DNA of 63,611 bases, the filler included, from Rhizaria sp. SCN 62-66 (taxonomy: Eukaryota): NCBI GenBank assembly GCA_001724265.1. It is 7 parts of 7 records of this genome, joined end to end, with 100 filler letters (N's around TTAATTAATTAA, not from the genome) between each part and the next. Parts side by side here need not be neighbours in the genome. Positions count along the whole stretch, not along the records: positions 1 to 9,820 come from MEDY01000684.1; positions 9,921 to 19,675 come from MEDY01000685.1; 5 more parts are not named here. One strand, 5' to 3'. The notes below the pieces were generated by a model, which did no database searches, had not been told where the DNA came from, and saw only the letters and a program-made list of their open reading frames with translations. This document shows, one piece after another, positions 1-12,660 of this stretch. The position numbers and the translations under genes were made by a program. Within the stretch, counting starts at the first letter, position 1. Every line of letters begins with the position of its first letter.

Positions 1-1696
1 ATCTACATGATGGATTAGCTATAAAATTGCAATTTTACGATTGAATTCGCTTGTTCATTTGCATACATGATAACGGACATTTCCGTTATCGTGCGGTTGC
101 GTCGTCGGTTGTTTCGTGTCGTTGCCCATTGCGTTGGTCGTTCAAATATGTATATTTTTGCCCGGTTAGAATGATCAATCACTGTCTTGTCTTACGTAAC
201 CTTGTGTTACACGCCAGGCCAGTAGTAGTTGATTTTAGGAATTCGTCCAAGCAGCAACAGAGAAGAAAATTGTCTTCGTTCATGCACAACGATAACGTGA
301 TTATTCAAGCATCAGACATTTCATGGAATTAGGACGCTTTTGGGTTGTGTTGTGAGTGTACGAAGAAGAACCGCAACGCTGCATACTATCTTTGTTTAGT
401 AAGATACACTATGTCAACAAAACACCCTGTAATAAAACGCCAATTTTAGTAAGCTAATCAACTGACTGTGTACAAAACCAGCGTATAGTTGTGAATCATA
501 AAATCTTCATCGAATTGTAGTTGATTTTATCAAGCGTTACCAATGGTTACACTGCAGACACGAACCTGGAACAGGCAGAAGCGAAGCGTCTTTGTACAGT
601 CTTGACAAGATCACCGTGCAATCAAATGATCGTCAAAGTTGATATAGATTAGGCCTGGTAATTTTAAAGGTGTTTAGACTACTATATCATTCTGATATTT
701 CCAGAAAAAGTGTCTGTCACGCTTTACGGCGGGAGAAATCGGTTGTGTTTCTCAGTGGCTCTCGATCGTTGGGAGCCTCTTCTTTTTAGCGCACCACAGC
801 GGTACAGCGGCATGATTGTCGATGTATCATGCCACTTTGCTATTCTATAGCGATTTTGCGTGTTTCATTATTGACACACCCGTGGCATCTCTCATTTCAC
901 GTCGAAGTGGCGATAGGAAAACATGCTAGCTCTGCGAATGGCCCTCTATCATAGCGCACTCACATATAAACTCGCGTGCAAAACGCACAAACGTTTCCAG
1001 CGACAAGCGTAGATACCCTAGCACTAAAATAGGGTGTCCTTTTGGCATTACGTCTGGTGGTGATGCTGATATTGCTGTTTGACACTAGGCTGGCCCCCCA
1101 TTCGATTTCGTGTCTCCCACTTGCCACACGGACCTTCTGACCTTGCTCTTGCTATCGGTTAACTCTTGCTATAAGGCCTCCCGAGAGATGAATCGTGTTG
1201 GCAGTTCAGAAATTTATGTCATTCTTTTGTTGTGTCGCGATGCGATGCATTGCGACTGCGCATGCCTCAGCAAGCTGTGCACGCGGAGCTTCACATTTTT
1301 ACTCATATCGATTGCGCCTGCTTGTCGCAGCTTATCGCACAAATTATGTATGAAGCCTGCAACAAGAGAGTTTTACGGATATCATTGACTTTAATGTGTT
1401 TAACGCTGTGAACTGATGCTATCTGAATGATTTTGTCGCACTATGCTTCCGTGGACCTGCGTGCGTCACTGCCAACGCAGACTTCAATTTGCATTCATGA
1501 CACTCGTCATCAACGGCATATCATCCTCTTTAAGCGAAGTGGACATTATCTCATATGAATGTCTTCATCTGCCTTTATTTCGTCTTTTTTTATTTCTAGC
1601 AAACAGACATCATTCTTGATCTCCTTCATTCACAATCATCACCATCACCACAATTCATCACGACGCTCCCGCTGACCAGTCACCTTCGTCTTACCT

Positions 1697-2246
1697 ATGT
1701 CCGCCACATCCACTGCGCCACAAACCCCCGCTAAGGCGCCGCCCATTGCTGCTGCGGGCGCGGGCGTTGACCCGGCTTCTCCTGAGCCTGTCCGCGCCGC
1801 TGCTGCGCCCCTTCCTCCCCCCGCCGGTACGCCTTTATCTCAAACTCAACCACACAGTTCTTGGATCCACGCGAAACATTGTGTGTAGATTGCCTTTGTG
1901 GTTAGAACCATGTGTGTCTCACTTTGTTTTCTTGTGTTTTTTTTTTTTGTTTCTGTACTCAGCTGTGATCCACAAGTCGCAGTTCGCGAATCCCACGTTA
2001 GTCCGCAAGAGCTCGATCGAGACTATCCAGGCGCTCTCGGCGACCGCGCGCAGCGTTGCCATCACGCCGCGCGGCCTCCCCGCAGGCGTGGCGTGCGCAC
2101 GCGTGATGCTGGCGTCGGAACCTGTGATGGAACACACGGCATCGCACTTGAATCAAGCCGCGCGCCTGCTCGCCAGGCTCGAGACTGACATGGCTGCAGT
2201 CACGGAGACCCTTGCTGCCGCAGACATGCCTCCGCTTGCGCAGTGA
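1697..2246 (+). CDS. Small coiled-coil protein, BORCS7 (BORC subunit 7)-like; 2 exons (1697-1826, 1963-2246), 137 aa
   Basis: A phase-1 intron 1827-1962 (GTACGC...polyT...CTCAG) joins two track ORFs; the gene ends in TGA. The segment CARVMLASEPVMEHTASHLNQ resembles recalled BORCS7 AARNMVLQEDAILHSEDSLRK. Gene model is good; family call is tentative. Confidence 0.6.
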
Positions 2247-3221
2247 ACGTGGTTTTGTCACTGAACTGCCTCTGTTGTGTGTCTGTGTTGCTGTAAATAC
2301 GAATATGAACCTAAACCTGACTTATCACTCAATGTTTTTAAACGTGTTTAGTTACTACGTCTCGAGTTTGATATGAAAAATGCGCGTCCTTGATAGAAGG
2401 AAGCATGTTATGTTTATTGATTATGTGCTTAAAGTTTGTTTTGATGCCTTTGAGTCACTTTATTCCGCCATAACTACTGGTGACTGATGGCCAGATTTCT
2501 ACAAAATTGAGTATATCTCCTCGTAATCGATCACTTAAAGTCCCATAACAAACAATTAATATACTTCAAAATTTATTAAACAACATATTGCGAATTTAAT
2601 GTATTACTCTAAGATTAACTGCTCTAAATCCTTTGTGAAATTCATCAAAAAAATGTGTTGCGGACCAAATTTTATTTATGAGATTGCATTTTAAAAAAAT
2701 ACTAGCTCTGTGAAATTGCTACAAATCTTCAAATTCTATGGCAGATTCAAAAGCTTTTTATTAGTTTGTATATCACTTTTGAATGAAAGCCTCGTGAAAA
2801 ACTGGGATACAATCCAGATCTATGTGCCCATAGTTCCATACTCAAACGTGGGGTTGCAACAATCGCATGAGTGGCGTCATTATCATGAAGCATATACGGA
2901 TCACAATCGAGTCTAGAAAATGTTATTGTATTACATTTGTACATTATTTGATTGTAAATTACAACTGAAGTGACCATACCGTTTTTTCTGGGCTAAGTTA
3001 AATATCCCACTGGCCTTTATTCGTACTTTCTGAATATAGGCCATGCATAAGCTTCAACAAGCTTCGATAATAACCCGCCCCCCACACTGCGTTGAGTTGA
3101 GTTAAGCTGAATTGACACAACGCAACACAACACCCCACCACACGCAGTCCTCAGTCTTAGTCTTGAGAGCCAGAACCCTGTCAATGTCTTTCCCAGCCGC
3201 GAGACGCGTGAGTGGTGGCGC

Positions 3222-6200
3222 TCAGCCCATGGCGATGAGCGAGTTGGAGAGCACGACGCGCATCGCCAGGTCCGGCTTGGCGTAGAAGAGCAGCCCCAGC
3301 GCGGCGTTGCTGGCGGCCAGCACGGCCACCACGGGCAGCTCCGCGCCCCAGCAGTAGCCGGCCAGCGCGCCCCAGGCGACGGACACGGCGAGCACAAGCG
3401 TGGGGATGCTGATCGGCAACAGCACCTGGAACGCCACCACGTCCACCAGCACCAGCGCCACGAGCACCGCCACGTACATCGAGTCCACGCCCCCACTGCC
3501 GTTGCCGTTGCTGCGGCTGCCGTAAGCGTGGGCGGCAGAGAACGGGGCGGCGCGGGCGCCGACGATGGCGTGCTGCAGCAGCCAGTCGTCGCCGGCGCTG
3601 CCGACGACGCTGTCGTCGTCGCTGCTCGCGTCCTCGTCCTCGTCGTCGTAGTCGTCACCGAGGCTCGCGCTGGCGCTGCCGCTGCCGTTGGCACTGCCGC
3701 TGCCGAGGGGCCACAGGGCGGCCAGGGCGCGGCGCGCGGCGGGGCCCGGCGCGGGGCGGCCCGAGCGGCCGAGCAGGCGCAGCACCAGCGCCATCAGCGG
3801 GTCGCGCTGCCACACTGTCACGCCAGCGCCGGCAGCAGCAGCCGCCGCGGCGGTCTTGCTGGCGCCGCCCGCCCCGGAGGCGACGGCGGCCGAGACAGAG
3901 AGCGCGCGGCGGCGGCCCGCGGCGAGCGCGTCGACGGTCGCGGCCACGGCCGCCACGTCGGCCTGCGCCGCAGCGAGTAGCGCGTCCAGCTCGGCCGAGG
4001 ACACCGCGGCGGCGCGGGAGGCCACCAGCAGTGCGGACTCAGCCGCGGCCTCGGTCGCGGCCTCCGCAGCGGCGGCGGCGGCGGCGAACGCGGCACCCTC
4101 ACTCAGGCCACTGGCACCCGCCGAGACGGTCTCGTTACTGTCCGTCGCCTGAGTGTTATTGTCGTCGTTCGAAGAAGAAGAGGAGGAGAGCTTGTCGGTG
4201 AGGACGCCCAGCTCCAACTCCGCGACCTCGAGCCGCGCCATGCACTGCTCGAGCCCCGGCGCGGAGGGCGTGGCGACAGTGGCGGCGCGCGTGTCGGCCG
4301 CCGCGTCGGCCTCGGCGTCGGAACCGAACTCGGTGGTGAACTGCGAGAGGTAGGCGTCGCGCTGGACGACGCAGCTCGCGCGGCACTGCTCCGCCGTCTC
4401 CGCAATCAGCTTGTGCGCCTCGTCGCCGTGATCGTGCTCGTGGTCATGACCGTGGCCGTGGCCGTGATCGTGATCGTGGTGGTGGCCGTGGCTGTGGAGG
4501 GCGTCGTGGTCGCGCGCGAGCTGCTCGTCGCACTCGCTGCGGCACACGCTCTCGCCCTCGCTCGTCAGGTACCGCACGAACTCGCGGTGCTTCTGCCGCG
4601 ACTCGCGCGCGCCCGCGGCCGTGGCGCGCAGCTGGACCGCCTCGGCCGCGAGCTCGTTGTGGGCCTGCTCCAGCGCGCTGCAGTCGTCGCCGCTGCTCGT
4701 GCCGTTGCCGCTGCCACTGCAGCTGCTGCAGCTCTCGCAGACCGCGGGTTCGGGACACACAGCGCACTCAGCGCACGCAGACGGCTCAGCGCAGACCGTC
4801 GGCTCAGGGCAGACAGTGGGCTCTGCGCAAACTGTGGGCTCAGGGCAGACTGCTGGCTCGGTGGGCTCGGGGCACTGGGGAGCCTCTGGGCACACCGTGG
4901 GCTCGGCGCAGACCGTGGGCTCAGCGCACACAGGGGCCTCGGGGCATACAGTGGGCTCAGCGCAGACGGGGGCTTCGGGGCACACTGCGCAGACAGGAGC
5001 CTCAGCGCAGACAGGGGCCTCGGGGCACACGGCAGCAGGGGCCTCGGGGCAGGGCGCGGGCACGGGACACCCGGCGCTGGCGCTGAGAGCTTCGGCAGCC
5101 GCGGCGGCGCTGGCGGCGGCGTCGGCGGCGGCCGCGTTGGCGACAGCGACCGCGGCCTCGGCCTCGGCGAGCTTGACCTCTACCGCCTTGACCGCGGCCT
5201 CGGCGGCGTCCTTGCCCTTGCTGGCGCTCTCGGCGGCCGCCAGGGCCCCGTCGCGCGCGGCCTCCAGCTCGGCGACCGCAGCCGCGGCCAGCTCCAGCTT
5301 GCCGCCGCACTGCGCGAGCTCGCCCGCGGCCTCGCCGCAGCTGGCGGCGCGGACTTCGGCGGCCGCGTTGAGCCGCTTCAGCTCCACCGACTCGGCCTCA
5401 CAGCGGGCCGCCGTCGCGCGCGCCTCGGCCGCCTGGGCCACGCTGCCCTCCGCCGTCGCCAGCTCGCTCTTGGCGGCCGCCAGCGCCGTTTGCGCGTACG
5501 CAAGCTCGCCGCGCAGAGCGGCAGCAGTCACCTCGCACGCGCCGTCGGCGCTCGCGCTCGCGCTGGCGGCCGCGGCGGCGGCCTCGGCGGCGGCCGCGGT
5601 GGTGGCGGCGAAGTGGTCCTCGAGCGCGGCCACGGCCGTCTGCGCGGCCGACAGCGACGTCTCGAGCGCGGCGACGCGGTCCTGCGCCGCCGCCGACGCG
5701 GCCAGCGCGGCCGAGAGGTCCGCGCGGCGCACCGTGGCCTGCGCCGCGCCCACGCGCGCCGAGAGCTGCAACGGGGCGGCCAGGGCGCGCGCGCGGGCCA
5801 GCAAGCCGCGGGCCAGCTTGGGCGGCAGCGAGGCGTCTGCGGTCGTCACGCTCGCACCTGCACCGGCCCCGCCGCTGGCCCCGGCGTTGGCGCCGGCGTG
5901 GGCGCTGCTGGAGTCCGCGGCGGCGTCGAGGGCGGCGGCGTGCGCGGCGAGGATGCCCTGCGCCTCATCGAGCAGCGTGACGAGCTCGGTCCACTCGCGC
6001 TCCTGGTACTTGGCGACGGGGCCCCCCGCCACGCTACTATGGGGGGCCTCGCCGTCGGCCGAGGCGGCGAAGTCGGGACCCGAGGCCGCGGCGGCCGGGG
6101 AGGCGTGGGCGGCCAGGAAGGCGCGCGCGGCGGCCACAGCCTCGGGGGAGCCGGCGCTGAGGCTGCCGTCCACACTGTCCCAGTCCGAGAGGCCGCTGTA

Positions 6201-7313
6201 TGCGCCGGAGCCGGAGCCGGAGCCGAAAGGCGAGAGGTAGGATAGCACGGCGCCGAGCCCGCCCCAGAGCGACCAGCCCGCGCTCACGCCGGAGCCGGCA
6301 ACGCTGGTGGTGTTGCTGGAGAGCGCGACCGTGGGCACGGCGACGCCGACGGAGGAGAGGAAGACGGCGAGGATGCAGGCGTTGACGACGATGACGACGG
6401 CGGCCCAGAACAGCGGCAGCTCGGCCAGCCGCAACAGGCGCGCGCACAGGCGCCGCTCGCCGCCCGCCGCCGCAGAGGCCGACAACGCAGCAACGCTCGC
6501 GGAGTCGGAGGGGAAAGGAAAGCGGCCACGCGAGGGTGATCGGTAGCGGGCGCCGAAGGGGGAAGCCAGCGCCGACGCGAGTGACGAGGCGGCGGCCGTG
6601 GGCGACGTCGACGACGACTGGCCGGCGCCGCGGGGCAGCGGCGGCGGCGATGGAGAGAGCGAGCGGCCGCGCGCGGCGGGGGAAAGGAAGCCCGAGACGC
6701 CGTGCAGCTTGATGGGGCCCGCGGCCTGGACCGACGCAGCGGGTACCATGACCAGCCCGGTGCCGTCAGCGTCGTCGTCGTAGTCGTCGTCGTCGTCGTC
6801 GTCGTCGGCGCCGTGGTAGCGGATGTGGCCCGCCTGCGCCGAGGGCGGCAGTGGCACGCTCGACGGCGACACGCCGGCGCGCGCGCGGCCGCGGGCCACG
6901 GGCGCGGGCGTCTTGAAGGCGCCGCTGTCCTCGTCGTTGTCGTCGTCGTCGTCTGAGGGCGAGGAGAGGATGCGCAGCGTCGAGTCGTCCAGGTCCAGCG
7001 CAGCGCTGGGCAGGTTCGCGTACTGCTGCGCGCGGCCGGCGCCGGCGCTGGCACCGGCTGCAGCAGCGGTAGCGGACGCGGCGGCGGAGGAGCGGGCATT
7101 GACATTGGAGACTGTGGGGGGGCGGAGGCCCGAGACGCCGGAGAGCGCAGAGGCGCGGCCTGTTGAGGCGGCGGGGCGAGAGGCCGCGCTAAAAGAGACG
7201 CGCGAGGATGCGTCAAAGGCGGCGGAGGAAGAGCCGCCGGGGCCGCGGGGCGCCTTAGTGGCGGCCGCAGGCGCGGCGGCGCCACTGCCCGCGATTGAGC
7301 GGCGCCGGTTCAT
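3222..7313 (-). CDS. 1363-aa membrane protein: disordered N-terminus, TM helix, Ala-rich coiled coil, Cys-Pro-Glu repeats, His-rich loop, about 3 C-terminal TM helices
   Basis: Single long GC-rich ORF from ATG to TGA, flanked by AT-rich DNA. Hydrophobic segments include LFWAAVVIVVNACILAVFL and C-terminal YVAVLVALVLV. Confidence 0.8.
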   Translation of the reverse strand: MNRRRSIAGSGAAAPAAATKAPRGPGGSSSAAFDASSRVSFSAASRPAASTGRASALSGVSGLRPPTVSNVNARSSAAASATAAAAGASAGAGRAQQYANLPSAALDLDDSTLRILSSPSDDDDDNDEDSGAFKTPAPVARGRARAGVSPSSVPLPPSAQAGHIRYHGADDDDDDDDYDDDADGTGLVMVPAASVQAAGPIKLHGVSGFLSPAARGRSLSPSPPPLPRGAGQSSSTSPTAAASSLASALASPFGARYRSPSRGRFPFPSDSASVAALSASAAAGGERRLCARLLRLAELPLFWAAVVIVVNACILAVFLSSVGVAVPTVALSSNTTSVAGSGVSAGWSLWGGLGAVLSYLSPFGSGSGSGAYSGLSDWDSVDGSLSAGSPEAVAAARAFLAAHASPAAAASGPDFAASADGEAPHSSVAGGPVAKYQEREWTELVTLLDEAQGILAAHAAALDAAADSSSAHAGANAGASGGAGAGASVTTADASLPPKLARGLLARARALAAPLQLSARVGAAQATVRRADLSAALAASAAAQDRVAALETSLSAAQTAVAALEDHFAATTAAAAEAAAAAASASASADGACEVTAAALRGELAYAQTALAAAKSELATAEGSVAQAAEARATAARCEAESVELKRLNAAAEVRAASCGEAAGELAQCGGKLELAAAAVAELEAARDGALAAAESASKGKDAAEAAVKAVEVKLAEAEAAVAVANAAAADAAASAAAAAEALSASAGCPVPAPCPEAPAAVCPEAPVCAEAPVCAVCPEAPVCAEPTVCPEAPVCAEPTVCAEPTVCPEAPQCPEPTEPAVCPEPTVCAEPTVCPEPTVCAEPSACAECAVCPEPAVCESCSSCSGSGNGTSSGDDCSALEQAHNELAAEAVQLRATAAGARESRQKHREFVRYLTSEGESVCRSECDEQLARDHDALHSHGHHHDHDHGHGHGHDHEHDHGDEAHKLIAETAEQCRASCVVQRDAYLSQFTTEFGSDAEADAAADTRAATVATPSAPGLEQCMARLEVAELELGVLTDKLSSSSSSNDDNNTQATDSNETVSAGASGLSEGAAFAAAAAAAEAATEAAAESALLVASRAAAVSSAELDALLAAAQADVAAVAATVDALAAGRRRALSVSAAVASGAGGASKTAAAAAAAGAGVTVWQRDPLMALVLRLLGRSGRPAPGPAARRALAALWPLGSGSANGSGSASASLGDDYDDEDEDASSDDDSVVGSAGDDWLLQHAIVGARAAPFSAAHAYGSRSNGNGSGGVDSMYVAVLVALVLVDVVAFQVLLPISIPTLVLAVSVAWGALAGYCWGAELPVVAVLAASNAALGLLFYAKPDLAMRVVLSNSLIAMG
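4735..5075 (-). repeat. Coding 18-nt tandem repeat, (P-[TA]-V-C-[AP]-E)n
   Basis: VCPEAP/VCAEPT units in the translation; recurring gcagacNgtgggctc motif on the + strand. Confidence 0.85.
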
Positions 7314-9723
7314 TGCGGTGGTACGAACGAGGTGTGTTCGTTGGCGGCCAGAAAAGAAAAGTAAAAGCTGTAAAACAGAGCGAAGAGTGTGATAGTGAGC
7401 GCCTTTTCAAAACAGAGTTGAGAATAAGTCATTGGAGTGCGACTAAGCAAGACACAAGAGCAGCACCGAGAGAAGTGGCTCGACTCCAAAGACAGCCATG
7501 ATGTGATCCAAGACGAACGTGAATAGCGCTAAAAACAAGATGCAAAGACCAAACATTAACATTTCTGTAACAAAATTTCAATTAAATCATGTCCAGCTTC
7601 TCGTGGCCGTCGCAAGGAACGATGATTTGTCCAGCGAGGTCTCTTCTCTCGCGCTGACGCGGCGACCCAGTTCGCAAAAATGGCCAATGGAATTTCGGTC
7701 CAGCAGCACAGTGCGCAGAGCGAGCGAGAGCTGAGGCTGACTTCATGGCAAAGTATGAAAACCATGTTGCAGGTGGCTGTGCGTAATGCAGGCTACTCCA
7801 TCATTCTTTCATAGGATGTTTAACTATTGTTCTTATTTTGTGCGCGCTCTCTGCGTCGTCTTTCGTGCCAACGAGAGAGGTCTTGAGGCGCGGACGGAGA
7901 TAAGGCTGTGGGCAACTTGGCGAGACGCAATCAAACAACCAAAGAACCGGTTAAAGCTGAACTTCTGACTATGATGAAGAAGTCAATGAATCATAATCGC
8001 GACGGTCTTCTGAGTGAAACGATGAAGACGATTCATGACACCCTCCTGAGTCTCAAAAAGTTCAAACTTTTACCACCAAGGTTCTTGCCCCATGTTGGCT
8101 CGATTGTTGCCTCGCCTTGCTGCTCTCTGTTGACGCATCTAATGGTCATAAATAGCGCTGTTATGGCTTAAACAAGGTTCACCTAGATGTTACTCATTAA
8201 GATATGCTGTGATTTGTTCACACTTGTGTTGTTTCGTGTCGTTTCGGGCTGGGATGCATAGTGAGTGTAAAGAAACTTTCGAAGTGCCACCGTTGCAATT
8301 TGTTCGGGCTAGTCTGTTGCAACATTGCAAATAAATACCAAGCTAAACAATGCATGACATTGTTTGACATTGTTTAACGTTTCTAGGGACAAGTTAATCG
8401 CTATGAGAGCTAATTGTGGAGCTCAAGAGTCTTACCTAAGACATGTGTCAAGTGCTCGATCGTTTCGTTAAGATAGCGTTGTATGAAGCAGTAGGACCAG
8501 TTCTCGATTTCATCGCAATATATTTTAGTATTGCAGTAGTTCTACGTCTATGATATGCTTGCAAAGCTCACGATTTCAGGGAGGCGTTTCAAATGCGTGT
8601 TAGATTGAGGACTGCTCTCAAGGTCGCACGCACGAAGGCATAGCGGAGTATAAGTGGTCATGCACACTGGTAAAAAGCAGTGGAAGTTAATATATGAGGT
8701 ATAGTCTGAAAATAATGCCTTACAACTTAAAGCCACTGTTCATTGAGTCCATGCAAAGGAATATGTTGAGTTACAGCGAGACGAGTATCCTTGCATCTTT
8801 TACAAGCGCAGTTGTCCTGATGTCATTCCTGTGACCGGACAAAATCATGTTTTTGCGCGGTTAGAATTGCTACTAATGCAAACTTAGTGTTGGCAAAGGC
8901 ATCCTATTATTCAGTCTTTGCCTGCTGTCTTAGCAGCCCGGCCACCACGCTGAGATGATATCGCGGAGTCAGTGCACTTGCAACGCAGGACGTCAGCTGC
9001 ATGCGAATGTTAATCATGTGATTAAGAGGACTAGAAGTCACAATAAGCGACGTATGTTTGATTGGTATGCTAAAAGCTCGATTTGTCACTAATTCAAGTT
9101 CTAGGCTTGAATGCAGCATGTGAATGTGATCAAGTAATTAATTTCGAGAAAGAATGAACACATAGGCATTCTTGATATTTGCTGCAGATGTATTTAAAAC
9201 AAATTCATGATACAAGGAAATGCAGAAATAATAATAATCAAGTGTATAGTTACTATATTGTCATATATACAGCATTTTCAACGTATCTTAGATTGAGATT
9301 GTTGAAGAAAGACTGTTCTCAATTTAGAGAGTTTATTTGAAAAAGTATTGTTAAGCATCGCTGTGTCGATGTAAAAAACTTGACTGCAGCCACAAAACAA
9401 AAAGATCACGCTATTATGTGATAGTGTGGTTAAACAAACATTCACTGACTCTTGGCTGAGCCGCGAGAGTGAATAAAGAAGACTCGACTGGCGTGCGCCA
9501 TCGTCGTTGCATCTGTTGTGGCTTCGACCGAAACGTCATCAAAACAACAAGGTAAACAAATAACAACCAAATAACGACACTTATTTTTCAAGTGGTCAGA
9601 GCAAAGGCTAGTTTTAATACGCGCAAAGTCACTGCCGCTGTTAATGTGAACACTCGCTCGCAAAGCGGAGTGTCACACGGGACCGTTGCGCGCGTCAGTT
9701 AGCAGCTCAACACGACGGCGCAC

Positions 9724-9820
9724 TTAGAGCTGCTGGCCAGAGCCCTGGGGAGCAGAGGTGAGCTGGTCCTGGCCCTGCGATTGAGCCATCACACCCTGCG
9801 ACTGGCCCTGAAGCTGGCCC
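9724..9820 (-). CDS. C-terminal fragment of a Gln/Gly-rich protein (GQLQGQSQG...GSGQQL*), cut by the gap
   Basis: CAG-rich frame ending in TAA at 9724-9726. Confidence 0.45.
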
Positions 9821-9920
9821 NNNNNNNNNNNNNNNNNNNNNNNNNNNNNNNNNNNNNNNNNNNNTTAATTAATTAANNNNNNNNNNNNNNNNNNNNNNNN
9901 NNNNNNNNNNNNNNNNNNNN
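9821..9920. other. Artificial contig linker N44-TTAATTAATTAA-N44; identical linkers at 19676-19775, 30703-30802, 39095-39194, 46941-47040 and 54286-54385
   Basis: Six identical 100-nt spacers carrying a six-frame stop 12-mer. Confidence 0.98.
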
Positions 9921-12660
9921 GCACGGCCGCGGGCACCGTCGCCTTGGGCGGGTCCGCCAGCGAGAGCAGCCCGACGAAGGTGAAGCCCTCGGCCGGCAGC
10001 ACGTGCTCGGACCACTTGGCGGGCGCCACGGGCAGCGGCACGTCGCGCGCTGCGCCCAGCACGGGCGCCTCGTCGGCCTCGGCCGCGTCGTCGTCGTACA
10101 CCGTGTCGCACAGACCGGCGTCGGCGGCCATGCCGGGCGCCATCTCAAGGTACGCGCACGCGATGACGCGCTCACCGTCGCCGGCGAGGCGCATGTACTG
10201 CGCAGTAAAGCGGCGCTCAAACGAGGCGGACTTGGCGTAGCGACGTCCGCCGTGGTGGAACGCGGTGCAGCGCGCGAGTACGATCTCGGGCGCGCCCTTG
10301 AGCAGCACCAGCACGCGGTCGCTTGCGGGCGTGGCGCCCATCAGCGTCGTCGCAGTAAGCATGAACTTGTTGGTCGAGTTGAAAGGCATGTGGAAGATGG
10401 CGGGCAGCTTGTAGCGCAGCAATTCGATGCTTTGGCGGCCGGCGACATAGTTGAAGATGGCCATGTCGGAGGGCTCGCCGATGGCGGCGCGGCCGCTCTG
10501 CTGCTCTGCGGCTTCGGCGCGGGCTCCCTCGCGCGTCACCCAGCTCTTGCGGCGGTACGAGTCAAGGCGGCGCTCCGGCAGCGGCATGTCGTTCGTCAGC
10601 TCGGCTGGCTTGGTCGACGCGGACTCGTCCTCGTAGCGCGTCTGGTTGCACACGGCGCTGATGATGTCAACGATGGCCAGCGAGTGGTGCTCGCGCGAAA
10701 TAGCGTCACCGGCGACGGCGTTAACAAGGCTCACGAGCTCGACCAGCGACGCGGCGCGCGTGCCACGCGGGGAGCTGGGGGATTCGGGGAGCGAGGACAG
10801 AGACGCGGCAGTGGCGATAGCACGCGCGTGCGCGTTGGCATTGACAAAGCCGAGGGGGTCGAAGCGCGTGAAGACGACGGACGGGTGCGCCTGCTCAAAG
10901 GCCTGCTCGGCAGTAAACACCCTGCCGTCGGCCCACACGCGCGTCACAGTCATCTTGTTTTGCGTGAGAGTGCCGGTCTTGTCGGTGGCGATGACAGTTG
11001 CACAGCCCAGCGTCTCAATGTTAGCGAGCTGCTTGACGTATACCTGCTGACGGGTCATGCGCGCCGCGATCACTGTCATGGCGGTCATGACGACTGTGGG
11101 CAAACCCTGCGGGATGTTAGCAATAATCAACACGACGACGGCCTGGGTAAAAATTGACGCAATGTCATCACCGCGCGCGAGGCAGACGATGAGCACGATG
11201 ACAACCTGCACGGCGGCAAACACGGCCATGAGCATGACGAGGCGGGCGATCTCGCGCTGCAGCGATGAAACCTTAGGCTTGACGTTGGACGCCAGACGCA
11301 CGATCTGACCGACCATGGAGCGCGACGCCGTGGCAAAGACGATGCCAAAACCCTCTCCCTCAAGCACGTTGCAGCCGGCAAAGGCGATGTTGCGCGCCTC
11401 GTTGAGCGGCAGCGTCGCCGCCGTCAGCGCGACCTTGTCGAAGTCGTTGACTGCGGACTCGCCGCTGGCGGCCAGCGCGCGCCCGCGGCGGTACAGCTCC
11501 TCGTGGCGGATCTCGAGCGTGTCCGCGGCCTCGGGTGTGAGGTCCGCGGCGTCGGTGCCGTCGTAGTAGGGCGAGCATAGCACGGGCTCGGCCTCGCCCG
11601 TGACCGCGCTGGCGTCGATCTTGAGTCCGTTAGCGGCAATGAGACGCATGTCTGCGGCGACTTGGTCGCCCGTGCGCAGCACCACGACGTCGCCGGGCGC
11701 CAGCGTCGCCGCGGGGACGAGCTGGCGGCGGCCCGCGCGCAGCACCAGCGTCTGCCGCGGCACCAGCGCCGCGAAGGCAGACATGCGCGAGTTGGACTTG
11801 TTCTCCTGATAAAACTCGGTCGAGCAGGAGAAGATAATCACGGGGAACAGACACAGCCCGACGATGAGGTTCGTGCGGTCCGAAGGGTCGTTGCCGTACA
11901 TCGCTAGCGAGAGGATGGCGGCGGCCAGCAGCGCAAGCATGAATGGCTCGGTGTAGAGCAGCAGGTAGCGCAGAATCGCGGAGCGGCGCGCGAGCGGGCG
12001 CGTAACGTTGGGTCCCCACGCCGCGATGCGAGCCTCGTGCGCGGCGGACGTGAGCCCGCCGCTTATGCGAGGGTCCGCGTCCTCGGCCGCGATGAACGAG
12101 TGCGTCTGCATGCGCGACGTGTGACGCTCAGACAGACGCGCGCGGGTCTGCGCAGCCACGGCCGCGTCCGCAGACGCCTCAGGGGACGCGCGCGGGAGCT
12201 CGATGTTTGCCACGATGTGACGCGATGACGGCCGGTCGCTGATGCTGACAGCAGGGGCAGCAGCACCGTCAAGAGCGGCGACCGGGGCGGTCACGCCGGG
12301 GCGGTCAGGGTGAAACACCACGGGCGCGGGGGCGCCAGTAACCTTAGGAGCGGGGGCAGCAGCGACTGAAACCGCGGGCGCAGGGGCAGCAGCCACGGCG
12401 GGAGCCTTGGCGGGCGCGGGCGCGGGGGTCACGCTCTCGAGTGAGGTTTGGAACCGCGCTGCGATGGCAGCACGCGAGAGAAGATGGACGCCCTCGGTGA
12501 GATCGACCGTGGGGTCGAGGACATCCAGGGACGGCAACGGCGGAGCCGCAAAGGTCACGGCGCCACCGAACGGGGTAAGCTCGATGCCCTGGGTGGGATC
12601 GGAAGAGAACTCCGTCATATGGCCTTCACCGTTGTTGTTGTTGTCGTTAGAAGCTTGCAT
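9921..12660 (-). CDS. P-type ATPase, Na+/K+(H+/K+)-ATPase alpha-like (P2C), 3'-truncated by the gap
   Basis: Motifs TGEAEP (TGES), IIANIPQGLP (M4), DKTGTLT phosphorylation site, FNSTNKF, KGAPE, GERV, FVGLLSLADPPK. First ATG at 12660. Confidence 0.92.
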
